IMG/VR virus record: IMGVR_UViG_3300028593_000003
DNA length: 64,000 nucleotides
Direction: 5' to 3' (one strand)
Source: a virus
Lineage: Duplodnaviria > Caudoviricetes
The position numbers were made by a program, and so were the translations under genes. This document shows positions 51,248 through 60,335 of this stretch, piece by piece (position 1 is the first letter of the stretch; each line of letters starts with the position of its first letter). The notes below the pieces were generated by a model. It was given only the letters and a program-made list of their open reading frames with translations, was not told the origin of the DNA and did no database searches.

Positions 51248-52583
51248 ACAGAATATAGACAAAGTAAGATTTGTAGTTCTTACTGGCAGAAAACCAAATG
51301 GTGAAAATGAACTGATCAGGACGGCCAGAGTTATCAAGGAAACTTGTGATAAAAAAGGTGTGCCCTGTTATGTCGTATTTGCTGAGGATGGATATATTTC
51401 CAGAAAGAACGGAAAAGTTTATATCCACAATATTGAAGATGATAAGGGTTTCGAAATCAATTCTCAAGACACGGTTGTTATCGTGAGAGGAAGCGTCACC
51501 AAGTCACAATCAAGCCTTGACCTTCTTTCCCAAATCGAGAGACATAATATCTTTTGTGTAAATCACAGATTGACACTTGAACAATGTGCTGACAAGTACA
51601 GAACAGCTCTCGTACTTGCGGATGCGGGAGTGTCAACGCCCAAAACAGCCATTGTCAATAACGAAAAGGGTCTGGAAATCGCGTTCAAGAAAATGGGAAG
51701 AAGGTTCCCTGTCATTCTCAAGACATTGACTGGCTCAAAAGGCGTCGGTGTATTTGTCGCAGACAGCTGGGAAGGATTGAAATCAACCCTGCAAGCCATC
51801 TGGAAAATAAATCATAGTGTTGAAATCATTATGCAGAGATTTCTTGAGGCTGACTATGATCTCCGTGTTCACGTTCTTGGAGATAAAGTCATCGCGGCAA
51901 TGAAGAGGAAAAAAATAAAGGGAGATTTCCGCTCCAACTATTCTCTCGGCGGTAAAGTCGAAAAAGTGGAGTTACAGGATGACGAAATTGAACTCGCCAT
52001 CGCGGCCTCGAAAGCCGTGGGGGCGACTTGGTGTGGTGTCGATATAATGAGAAACAAGAAGGACAAAAAGCTTTTTGTCCTCGAAGTCAATTCATCGCCC
52101 GGCACAGAGGGGATTGAAAAGGCCACGGGAAAATCGGTTGTAACAAAGGTGGTCAATTACCTTCTGGACAAAAGAAACTGGTCGAGAAGGCCAATAGAGT
52201 GTGGCTACCTTGAGACAATGGAACTGGAAGGCATCGGGCCCGTAGAAGCCAAACTTGATACAGGTAACGGCTCTTTCTGTGTCATTCACGCCGAGGAATA
52301 TGAGGTGGATGGAAATAAAGTTACTTGGCTATTCAACGGAAAGGAAATCACAAGTGAACTTGAAAGTGAAAGAACCATCAAGGTTGGTGGACTGAAAACT
52401 GGAACAGTAGACAGGCCGGTAATCTGGTTGGATGTCAAATTCAGAGGTGAAACTTACAGGATGAGATTTGCCCTGAATTACAGGGGTGACAGAAAGACTT
52501 ATCTATTGATGAATAGAAACTTCATTCGTAAGGCAAATCTGATAATCAATCCTCGCAGAAAGCATGTGTTCACGAAAGATTAG
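51219..52583 (+). CDS. rimK: RimK-family ATP-grasp ligase fused to a RimB-like (DTG) protease domain
   Basis: DK..T...L...GV..PKT, FPVILK..GSKG.GV, D.RV.V, FRSN.S.GG, GVDI, LEVNSSPG; C-terminal AKLDTGN..RP.I. Confidence 0.88.
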   Translation: MAHLIQYLIEQNIDKVRFVVLTGRKPNGENELIRTARVIKETCDKKGVPCYVVFAEDGYISRKNGKVYIHNIEDDKGFEINSQDTVVIVRGSVTKSQSSLDLLSQIERHNIFCVNHRLTLEQCADKYRTALVLADAGVSTPKTAIVNNEKGLEIAFKKMGRRFPVILKTLTGSKGVGVFVADSWEGLKSTLQAIWKINHSVEIIMQRFLEADYDLRVHVLGDKVIAAMKRKKIKGDFRSNYSLGGKVEKVELQDDEIELAIAASKAVGATWCGVDIMRNKKDKKLFVLEVNSSPGTEGIEKATGKSVVTKVVNYLLDKRNWSRRPIECGYLETMELEGIGPVEAKLDTGNGSFCVIHAEEYEVDGNKVTWLFNGKEITSELESERTIKVGGLKTGTVDRPVIWLDVKFRGETYRMRFALNYRGDRKTYLLMNRNFIRKANLIINPRRKHVFTKD

Positions 52584-53188
52584 CTCAACCTTTTCACAAT
52601 ACCGTCACACATTCCAAGTTTTATTGCTTCCTCCGGACGCAGATATTTATTCCTGTCAATCAGTTTCGTAACATCTTCTGCCGACAATTTACATCTTGAA
52701 GCAATTTCCTCAATCATCTGGCCCTGTAGAAACTTTATCTCTTCTGTATCAATGACCACATCGGCAAGTGTTCCCCCGTGCCAGGAACTTATCTGATGGA
52801 ACATCAATCTGGAATGTGGGGTCATAAACCTTCTTCCCTTCTTACCGTTTATGAAAATAAAGGCGGCCGCCGACATTGCTTTTCCTATACAGATTGTCCT
52901 GATAGGGGATACAATGATGTTCATCATATCCGTTACGGAAAACATACTATCAACTTCACCACCGTAACAGTCAAGTATCAATGTAATCTCTTTCAATGGG
53001 GCATCAGATTGATAATCCAACAATCTTTCATTTATATCTTTTGCCAGATTTTCGTCAAGGTTCCCCACGATATAGATAATCCTGTCCATTCTCTTGGCTG
53101 TTTTCGGGGGCCCCATCTCCTTCATTATCTCCTGTGGATCAATAATAAAATGAACTTCCTGTGATTCTTTCTTTGTTTTCCTCTTCAT
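52580..53188 (-). CDS. clpP: ClpP-like protease subunit
   Basis: GGEV, TICIG.AMSAA (Ser), RLMFHQ (His), EEA..LG..D. Confidence 0.85.
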   Translation of the reverse strand: MKRKTKKESQEVHFIIDPQEIMKEMGPPKTAKRMDRIIYIVGNLDENLAKDINERLLDYQSDAPLKEITLILDCYGGEVDSMFSVTDMMNIIVSPIRTICIGKAMSAAAFIFINGKKGRRFMTPHSRLMFHQISSWHGGTLADVVIDTEEIKFLQGQMIEEIASRCKLSAEDVTKLIDRNKYLRPEEAIKLGMCDGIVKRLS

Positions 53189-53190
53189 CT

Positions 53191-54066
53191 CTACTCACCA
53201 AAAAATAAATTCAAGCCCTCACCAGCTGAGCCAGAAAGTAATTCCTTTTTATTCATAGGTTCCAGTAAAATCTCAATCTTGGACAAGAAGTATTTATCCA
53301 GCATTTTGTCGTAATCTATCTGGACAACCTTGTCAAATTCGTGGGGCCATCTCAAAAAGGATATGACATCCAGACCCAAGGCATTTCTCTTGAGATACAC
53401 AACCTTGGCCTTTGCCCCGCTATAAATGTCCTCATACTTTTTTTCAAGTTTGAGGTGCTTGAGTAATTTCCTGTAATTATTTATGCCTCTCAAATGGAAT
53501 GGAGTTCCCTTCTCAATCTCTCCATCTGCTTTCACAAATTTCTCTATATCACTTGCTCCGATGTTGACTGAAATCTCTTCCGGATAAACCCCCTTCAATT
53601 CCTTCTTGTACTGCTCTATCTTTTTCAGGATGTTCTCATCCGTTTCGCCGCGGAGGATCATCTCCATCACATCTTTCAATCTCGGCCTGATGGCCTCCGG
53701 TGTGTCAGACCGGATAATTTCCAGACCAGTAACCTTTATCTTGTCAACTGGGGCACCCTCTTCATTGACAGACCAGTAACCATACTTCTTCTTCTTCACG
53801 AAGAGAGCTGTCTTAGCCACGATTTCCTGTTTGAACTTTATCCTGAAATCGGTAACTGCGGAGTTATACATTTTCCTCTGGACTTCCCGATAACAAGTCT
53901 CGTTCACATAATTTTCTATAATCGAGCCCAGTTCAAGTATCATCTTTATAGCAACATCATCACTATATCTCGATACATCAATTCCATTATCAGAAAGGAA
54001 TTTGCCCGTCGAAATAAACAGGGAATCAGTATCAGCGTATAAAACATAATCAGTTTTCTTTATCAT
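53191..54066 (-). CDS. gp43: Family-B DNA polymerase, C-terminal fragment (motif C + thumb)
   Basis: YADTDS, FKQE, KKKKYG, KVTGLE..RSDTP; likely start MIKKTDYVLY at 54066. Confidence 0.9.
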   Translation of the reverse strand: MIKKTDYVLYADTDSLFISTGKFLSDNGIDVSRYSDDVAIKMILELGSIIENYVNETCYREVQRKMYNSAVTDFRIKFKQEIVAKTALFVKKKKYGYWSVNEEGAPVDKIKVTGLEIIRSDTPEAIRPRLKDVMEMILRGETDENILKKIEQYKKELKGVYPEEISVNIGASDIEKFVKADGEIEKGTPFHLRGINNYRKLLKHLKLEKKYEDIYSGAKAKVVYLKRNALGLDVISFLRWPHEFDKVVQIDYDKMLDKYFLSKIEILLEPMNKKELLSGSAGEGLNLFFGE

Positions 54067-54661
54067 AAAAACATTTCCAACCCCTGTGATGTTTTCTCTT
54101 TCCCACAGCAACCGAGGACATCAAGGTTTGTTGTAAGTTATGTTTTTTACAAAAATCTATCAATCCTTTTATTCTATATTCAATGCCGGCCGGTGAAATG
54201 ATGATATACTTTTTACTATTCCAATGTAATTCCCCACATCCTGGCTTGCATTTATCTATCCACCATTGGGGTAATTTTTTACCCCTCGTTGGGTGGGGGC
54301 CCCTCTTCTTTGTTTCGCTAATTTTTTTCTTCACATCATCGGGCCGTGATTTACCGAAAAATGGGTGCCTTTCGCCCGGCATCCAACCATCACCGCCTTC
54401 AGTACAATTATATCCCAATTCTATTGCCCTCGTTTCCTTTATAAAGGAAATTTCCTTTTCGTTTAGCTCATCAACTTTCCCTTTCCAAAGGACTTCAACA
54501 TCAAAATTTTCCCAGCCATACTTATCAATGGCCCTTGTAAGTGGAGTTATATTTCTACGATCTTTTTTATGTGATGACATTCTTTTTTCGAGGCTTGTTA
54601 CAGTTTTTCCAATATAAAATTTACCATTTATTTTATTTGTAATTTTATAAATTATTGACAT
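54050..54661 (-). CDS. GIY-YIG homing endonuclease with NUMOD-type C-terminus
   Basis: IIYKITN..NGK.YIGKT, R...H, E...I, GYN...GG; HPFFGK..KKKISE. Confidence 0.88.
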   Translation of the reverse strand: MSIIYKITNKINGKFYIGKTVTSLEKRMSSHKKDRRNITPLTRAIDKYGWENFDVEVLWKGKVDELNEKEISFIKETRAIELGYNCTEGGDGWMPGERHPFFGKSRPDDVKKKISETKKRGPHPTRGKKLPQWWIDKCKPGCGELHWNSKKYIIISPAGIEYRIKGLIDFCKKHNLQQTLMSSVAVGKRKHHRGWKCFYDKEN

Positions 54662-54694
54662 ACAAGAAACCAAAATGTATATATGCTATATAAT

Positions 54695-56452
54695 CTATTT
54701 ATATTTTTCGAGAAAAGACTTCAATTTTACATCTTTATCTGGATTATTCAGGAAATCATTTACATACCTCTCCCCGGCCTTGATGGTTTGTCTACCACAG
54801 GATGTAATTGCCTCTGATATGTTCACATTGAAATAACGGGAATAGGGAACACTCGTAACACCAAAAACTGCATTGAGTAGGATTTTGAGTGCGTTCTGTA
54901 GTGAATCGAATTGATTTATCCTCTCGTCTGCCCTCTTTTTGTTATCATCCCTCAATTCGGATAAAGATTTTTTCATCTTTATCATATTGTTCTTGATGTC
55001 GCGCCTCTTATTGAAAACATCCTTTTCAATCTGGGCGAGCACGCCGGGAGTCTTTGTCGAAAATACCGAACCACAAGGAGCGATACTTATCAACTTCTTT
55101 TCGATGGCTGTATTGAAGGCCTCAAGTCTCTTACCTGAAAATGTTATCTTTTTCCCGTCCTTGAGAAGATTGAAATCGGGAAAACTTCTCTGTCTCACAT
55201 ATTGAATGACGGTATCCTCTGTCATATCGAGCACCCTGCCATAATATGTTTCCGGTGACATATTCAATGTGATTATAGCCGTGGGATAAGATGAAGCAAT
55301 ATCCAAATCAACAACCCACTCGTATTTACCTTGTTGTGGTTCCTTGACATATGCCGCCTCAAATGGTTCCTGCTGACCCCCAATGAATTTCGGGGCACAC
55401 AATCCATTTCTCCTGTAATGTGTCAACAACAAGCCTTCAATGAGCTGCGTCATCACATCATAGTATTTCATCGGGCTTTTTGTGAGAAGTGAAAGTGCTT
55501 GAACCTGACCTATGTAATTCAATTTTCTGTCAAGCTGGAAAACACGAAGAGAGTCCGTTATATTGTAATCCACAAATAAATCCCAATCCTTCTCACACAA
55601 TTCCCTGATATCCTTGTACTGTGAATAGTCTACCTTGCCTTTCTCCAATTCATATTTGGAAACAAAATCGAGAGAATATCTTTCAAGTTTTACGGGGGAA
55701 TACCATTTATAAAGGTCAATATAATCGAGTATGGTCAGGCCGGAGATGTTTATGTTCATCATTCCACTCTTCGATTCCCATATTTGAACATCGCTAATTG
55801 GGGATATCCTCATAAACATTCGTGGGTCATCGAATATTCTTTTGGCCCTGTTTATGAGATAAGGAATGTCAAAATTTGATATAGACCAACCGGAGATAAC
55901 ATCGCAGGGAAATTTGTGGAAGAAATTCAGTACCCTTGTCAAGAGGGATTTCTCATTTTCACACTTGATATACCTCACATACTTTTCCTTGGAAAACTTC
56001 CCATTCCTGTAATCCCTCAAGCCAAATACAGTTGTAGTATCTGTATCACTATCATAAATGGATGTGAGACAAATCGGGTCACGGGCATCTTCCGGATGAG
56101 GAAACCCAACTTTGTTATCAACTTCCATATCGAAGAAATACTTCTTGAGTTTTGGAACCTCAATTTCATTTTCCGGTATACCATAATATCTCTCGGCAAG
56201 AAATTGGATTTCGGGTCTTACCCTGTCCTCAAATATATTGTCCTTGCCCTTCAGGTAGGCAAAGTAATCCGAATAAGATCGGAACAGCCTTTTGGTAACG
56301 GGTTGGCCGTCTATTGTCTTTACATCACCCTTTTCATACGGGAAAAACACATATGGAACCCAAGGAATTTCTGTATAAAAATTTTCACCTTTGAGTTGTT
56401 CCCAAAGGTGAATAGTGGATGATTTTGTATTGTAATATACATTCTTGAACAT
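54695..56452 (-). CDS. gp43: Family-B DNA polymerase, N-terminal fragment (exonuclease, motifs A and B)
   Basis: FDME, GW...FDIPY, YNITD, DLDIASSYP, ALKILLNAVFG. Confidence 0.93.
   Translation of the reverse strand: MFKNVYYNTKSSTIHLWEQLKGENFYTEIPWVPYVFFPYEKGDVKTIDGQPVTKRLFRSYSDYFAYLKGKDNIFEDRVRPEIQFLAERYYGIPENEIEVPKLKKYFFDMEVDNKVGFPHPEDARDPICLTSIYDSDTDTTTVFGLRDYRNGKFSKEKYVRYIKCENEKSLLTRVLNFFHKFPCDVISGWSISNFDIPYLINRAKRIFDDPRMFMRISPISDVQIWESKSGMMNINISGLTILDYIDLYKWYSPVKLERYSLDFVSKYELEKGKVDYSQYKDIRELCEKDWDLFVDYNITDSLRVFQLDRKLNYIGQVQALSLLTKSPMKYYDVMTQLIEGLLLTHYRRNGLCAPKFIGGQQEPFEAAYVKEPQQGKYEWVVDLDIASSYPTAIITLNMSPETYYGRVLDMTEDTVIQYVRQRSFPDFNLLKDGKKITFSGKRLEAFNTAIEKKLISIAPCGSVFSTKTPGVLAQIEKDVFNKRRDIKNNMIKMKKSLSELRDDNKKRADERINQFDSLQNALKILLNAVFGVTSVPYSRYFNVNISEAITSCGRQTIKAGERYVNDFLNNPDKDVKLKSFLEKYK
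54696..54703 (-). promoter_or_regulatory. T4-type late promoter overlapping the stop of the polymerase N-fragment
   Basis: TATAAATA(G) 35 nt upstream of the endonuclease ATG. Confidence 0.6.
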
Positions 56453-56904
56453 TATTCAATCTCGTATAACGATATCCTCTCGGCATTCAGGCCTGCAGTC
56501 GCTTTGCCACTTCTCTTCCCAGCTGTCGTGGAAGTTTTCGCTATACCAAAACCTGATAAAGTTGAGAGGCCTTCACCCGCCATAATAATATCCGTATAAA
56601 ACTTTACCAGCTGGGGTTGTGTCAATTCCCTGTCAAGATATTTCTTGATGTTCGTTATTTGTCTCTTGACCCGCGCCTCCCCTTTTACGTCCATCAATTC
56701 CTCGACCATCAAAAGTGTTTCCTGTATCCAATGACGAATAGTTTCCGCCGATACAAATTGTATTTTTGGATACCAGATAGATAGTGTTGATGAAAGGACA
56801 GATTTCAAGTCATCACAAGTGGTATAAAAATTTCCATTCAATATAATTCTGATATTCTCTTTTCTTTTTGCCATAAAATCACCCATTCTTTTTCTGAAAT
56901 ACAA
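56452..56904 (-). CDS. Hypothetical protein
   Basis: Coupled to the polymerase start. Confidence 0.55.
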   Translation of the reverse strand: MYFRKRMGDFMAKRKENIRIILNGNFYTTCDDLKSVLSSTLSIWYPKIQFVSAETIRHWIQETLLMVEELMDVKGEARVKRQITNIKKYLDRELTQPQLVKFYTDIIMAGEGLSTLSGFGIAKTSTTAGKRSGKATAGLNAERISLYEIE

Positions 56905-58216
56905 ATACTGGCTCGTATTTGTTCACTCTACCTTCACATCTTACAGTATTCATTGTACCACGGGCAGAGATATCCTCAAGGTTGTTATCTCGTCCTATAG
57001 TAAATCTCATTAGCATATGTATCATATCACGATTTTGAAACCCAACACTCTCTGCCAAGGACGCGGAATCCTCTTCCATTTTGAGATATTTATTTTTCGC
57101 CAATTTTATGTTTGCAATATTCCAGACAAAGAAACCACCGGGCATCAGAAATTCGTGGACATTCTGCATTGTCTTTTTCAAGAAACCATTCTTCCACGCT
57201 TCGTAGGAATTGAATTTCTTATATGACTGTGCATCATCATCACTATATCTTTCCCGATTGAAATATGGTGGTGAGGTATAAGCCAAAACCGCCTTACCTT
57301 TGTACTTTTCAAATAGGTCTGTTTTATCAAAATCCTCGGAACCCGAGCAAATTGGATACACTTCGGCGGTGCAGGAAGGGTCAATGAATTTCTTCCAGAA
57401 CTTTTCTATCATCCCATACCTCTCGTATATCGCCGAGTTGGGGTCTGTTCCTATATATACACACCTTTTATTTCTTAGCTGGGAAGAAGCCGAAAGAAAT
57501 GAAATCAATCTACCGCCCCACCCCATTGACGGGTCAAAGACAATTATCTCTTCCTCCTCTACACAGGGAGACATCTTCAACATAAAATGTTGATATATCC
57601 ATTTTGCCACGGGGCATCTTATATTTGAAACTGGCTGTGTTCCGGAACCCATTCTGATTGATTGTTTGAGAGTGGGCCAGACGGGTTTATTCGGGTTGTC
57701 TCTCCATCCATTGAGTTTATCTTTCCACAACATCCTCTTCATCTTCTTCATATAGACTTGTTTATCTCTCAACAAGTCTATTACAGATGGTGTCTGCTGA
57801 TTTATTCCACGGGTAATGGGAACATCCATCATTTCTGGAAACCAATGGTCTATAACAGTTGACCAGGCGTTGTACCCCTTGAGGATTTTCTTGCCATCCT
57901 CTTCAAAATATATGTCAGGTTTATTCGGGTTGAGCCCGTGAAACTTTCTCAATCTGGTAATTATTTCTTCAAGAGAGGCGGAGCCTGCACCAACCGGATA
58001 ATGTTCCTTCTCATACTTCTCCAAAAAGAAAATACGCAGTTTTTCTGCGTACTTTTCAAATTCCTTTTCAGACATATCCCTGACTATTGGCCACAATGGG
58101 TTCAATTCATCAGGAACTTCAAGTGTCGTATACAATGGAAGGAAATCACAGTCCTCAATTTTATCTTCCTTCACATCAAAAAATGTTTCAATCATTATAT
58201 CCTCTGAATTTCTCAA
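56879..58216 (-). CDS. DNA amino-methyltransferase (N4-C/N6-A type)
   Basis: FDPSMGWGGRL SAM-binding motif, GTDPN, TSPPY catalytic motif. Confidence 0.8.
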   Translation of the reverse strand: MRNSEDIMIETFFDVKEDKIEDCDFLPLYTTLEVPDELNPLWPIVRDMSEKEFEKYAEKLRIFFLEKYEKEHYPVGAGSASLEEIITRLRKFHGLNPNKPDIYFEEDGKKILKGYNAWSTVIDHWFPEMMDVPITRGINQQTPSVIDLLRDKQVYMKKMKRMLWKDKLNGWRDNPNKPVWPTLKQSIRMGSGTQPVSNIRCPVAKWIYQHFMLKMSPCVEEEEIIVFDPSMGWGGRLISFLSASSQLRNKRCVYIGTDPNSAIYERYGMIEKFWKKFIDPSCTAEVYPICSGSEDFDKTDLFEKYKGKAVLAYTSPPYFNRERYSDDDAQSYKKFNSYEAWKNGFLKKTMQNVHEFLMPGGFFVWNIANIKLAKNKYLKMEEDSASLAESVGFQNRDMIHMLMRFTIGRDNNLEDISARGTMNTVRCEGRVNKYEPVFVFQKKNG

Positions 58217-58760
58217 TACTCTCTTTCAATAGTTGTTCGCCCTTCGACGGATTATAAATCGTAAAGGCCGGGTGAACAGAAATCACCACGGGGCAATCAA
58301 ATTCCCTGCTGTGTACTTCTTTTCCACTATGTTTCATTATATCACTTTCGCCCAGAATTGTAAACAGGGCGTACCCACCCAAAATCAATATGGCCCGCGG
58401 TTTCAAAACCTTCAAATATTTTCTTATCCACGGCCAGCATTGTTCCATCTGTTCATTCGATGGTTTTCCATTCTTATTTCCCACCACAGGCCTGCAATTT
58501 ACGGAATTGATAATCAGGAAATCCTCTCTGGAAAGGCCGTTTCTTTTCATTGCATCCCAAAGGATATTTCCGGCCTTTCCGACAAAAGGTGAGTTCTCAC
58601 GGACTTCATCGAAGCCCGGAGCCTCACCTATTATCGCAAAACGGGAGGAAGATACCCAATAGGGTTTCGCCCCACCATTCTGAAAGAGAGAACATTTTTT
58701 ACACTCCCCGATCATATTGTCGAGAAGCGACAACATTCGTAGTTGTTTTTTATCCATCAA
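58188..58760 (-). CDS. Uracil-DNA glycosylase, family 4
   Basis: CxxCxL, GEAPG..E...PFVG.AG, N.V.CRP, HPA. Confidence 0.9.
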   Translation of the reverse strand: MMDKKQLRMLSLLDNMIGECKKCSLFQNGGAKPYWVSSSRFAIIGEAPGFDEVRENSPFVGKAGNILWDAMKRNGLSREDFLIINSVNCRPVVGNKNGKPSNEQMEQCWPWIRKYLKVLKPRAILILGGYALFTILGESDIMKHSGKEVHSREFDCPVVISVHPAFTIYNPSKGEQLLKESIEKFRGYND

Positions 58761-58959
58761 GTATCATCACCAATACAGCACAAAATATGAGAAACACAAG
58801 ACCAAGAACGGGCGGAACCCAAATCGGAGCAAATATCCACCACCAAGACCACCCAATAAAACCCAAGACTTTGAGGGTTATCAAAAATATTGTCAATAAA
58901 ACAAAAGGCCACATACTCAAACTTCTCCTTTCTCTTTTTTCCCACCATCGTTTTTTCAT
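58750..58959 (-). CDS. Small membrane protein
   Basis: LK.LG.I.WSWWW...PIW. Confidence 0.6.
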   Translation of the reverse strand: MKKRWWEKRERRSLSMWPFVLLTIFLITLKVLGFIGWSWWWIFAPIWVPPVLGLVFLIFCAVLVMILDG

Positions 58960-60335
58960 CGCCTGCTCCTCTGGCCTCTTTCCTGACCAATCAGGACGGC
59001 TTTTCTTTCATCACCAGTTTCCTTCGCGTCCTCCAACCACAGTTCAAGCTCGGAAGTATCGTACATCTTCAATGTGCGAGTATCGTAATAAAATTTGTCC
59101 ACTTCCCCAACTCGACCACCAATCCTGTTCTTCACAATCTTATAATGCAGTTCACTCTCATAAATCAGTTTCTCGTCATCCACGCCGTAGATTGCCATAA
59201 AATCTGCGGTTGCCGGAACCCCCATACTTTCTGCGATATAGACAAAATCAACTTCATCAAAAGCAATCATCGAGCCTTCCCTGTTCAATTGTGAAACAGA
59301 AACAACCGGACATTCAAACTGGAATGACATCGCTCTACATTCCTCGGCTATCCTCTTGACATCAGAATAGAGATTGTCTTTACCTGAATAGGTGGGTTTC
59401 ATTATATTGATATAGTCGAGGTAGATGATATCTGGTTTCACACCCCTGATAATCCATTCCCTTATCAACCTTTTTATATCCTGAACAGAGGCCTCGCCGG
59501 TTGGAAATTGTTTGATGACGAGTTTTCCTCGTTGAGGGGTTTCACTCTTTATCTTTCTCAATCTGGATATCAATTGGCTCTTCATCGCCTCAAGAGTATA
59601 TATCTTGTTGATATCAAGGTTACTGAAGATACTGTCAAATCTTTGTGCGAAAGCATCCTCTGACATTTCCAATGTACAGAGAAATACATTATGACCGTGA
59701 AGAACTTGGCGGGCAGCAATATTGGCAAGGGTATTTGATTTGAACCCGTGAACACGGGCCACAATTACCGAAAATGTAAATGGTGGGAACCCACCATTGA
59801 GATACTCATCGAATTGGGGAAAATATGTTCTTATCCTGTTTGAGGATGTAGTGAAAATCCTCTTCAATCTTTCCCCGAGCATTTCAAAATAGTCAAGACC
59901 GATATCTATCCTCAAATCTTTCGCCAGGGCAGCCTCGACCAGTTCTCTTATCTTTCCTCTCTCTTCTATCTTTCCACTATTGATAACATCAACGGAATCG
60001 AGAATGGCTCTCTTGACGGCTTTATCCTTGAGATATTCATTCGATTCCTTGAGAAGATAATCCCAGTTCTTCGCGATATCGAAATCAATAGCGTCCATCT
60101 CGGAGAATATTTCCCGAATCTCATCATCGTGATGAGAAAGGGAACCCCTGATGGCATCCCTCGGTGGGATTTTGTCATACTGCTCCAGATGAGACTTCAG
60201 AAAAGTGAAAATCTCCGATATTACGGGATCATCAAAATACTCTGTTCGAAATGTGGATGTAATAGTCGCAAGAAATCCCTTGTCAACCATACAACCTTTC
60301 AATATGACTTTTTCAAGAAATCTCGAATCCATCAA
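58956..60335 (-). CDS. gp41: Replicative helicase (T4 gp41 / DnaB-like)
   Basis: TLEMSE...QRFD, IKQFPT, IYLDYI, AEE.R, SQLNR, AES.G...TADF, KNR.GG. Confidence 0.9.
   Translation of the reverse strand: MMDSRFLEKVILKGCMVDKGFLATITSTFRTEYFDDPVISEIFTFLKSHLEQYDKIPPRDAIRGSLSHHDDEIREIFSEMDAIDFDIAKNWDYLLKESNEYLKDKAVKRAILDSVDVINSGKIEERGKIRELVEAALAKDLRIDIGLDYFEMLGERLKRIFTTSSNRIRTYFPQFDEYLNGGFPPFTFSVIVARVHGFKSNTLANIAARQVLHGHNVFLCTLEMSEDAFAQRFDSIFSNLDINKIYTLEAMKSQLISRLRKIKSETPQRGKLVIKQFPTGEASVQDIKRLIREWIIRGVKPDIIYLDYINIMKPTYSGKDNLYSDVKRIAEECRAMSFQFECPVVSVSQLNREGSMIAFDEVDFVYIAESMGVPATADFMAIYGVDDEKLIYESELHYKIVKNRIGGRVGEVDKFYYDTRTLKMYDTSELELWLEDAKETGDERKAVLIGQERGQRSRR

Noticed and set aside
54050-54700. Group I intron or intein in the DNA polymerase
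   Set aside because: There is an in-frame stop, the endonuclease is in a separate ORF, almost no non-coding sequence exists for a ribozyme core, and no intein terminal motifs are seen. Not formally excluded without a covariance-model scan.
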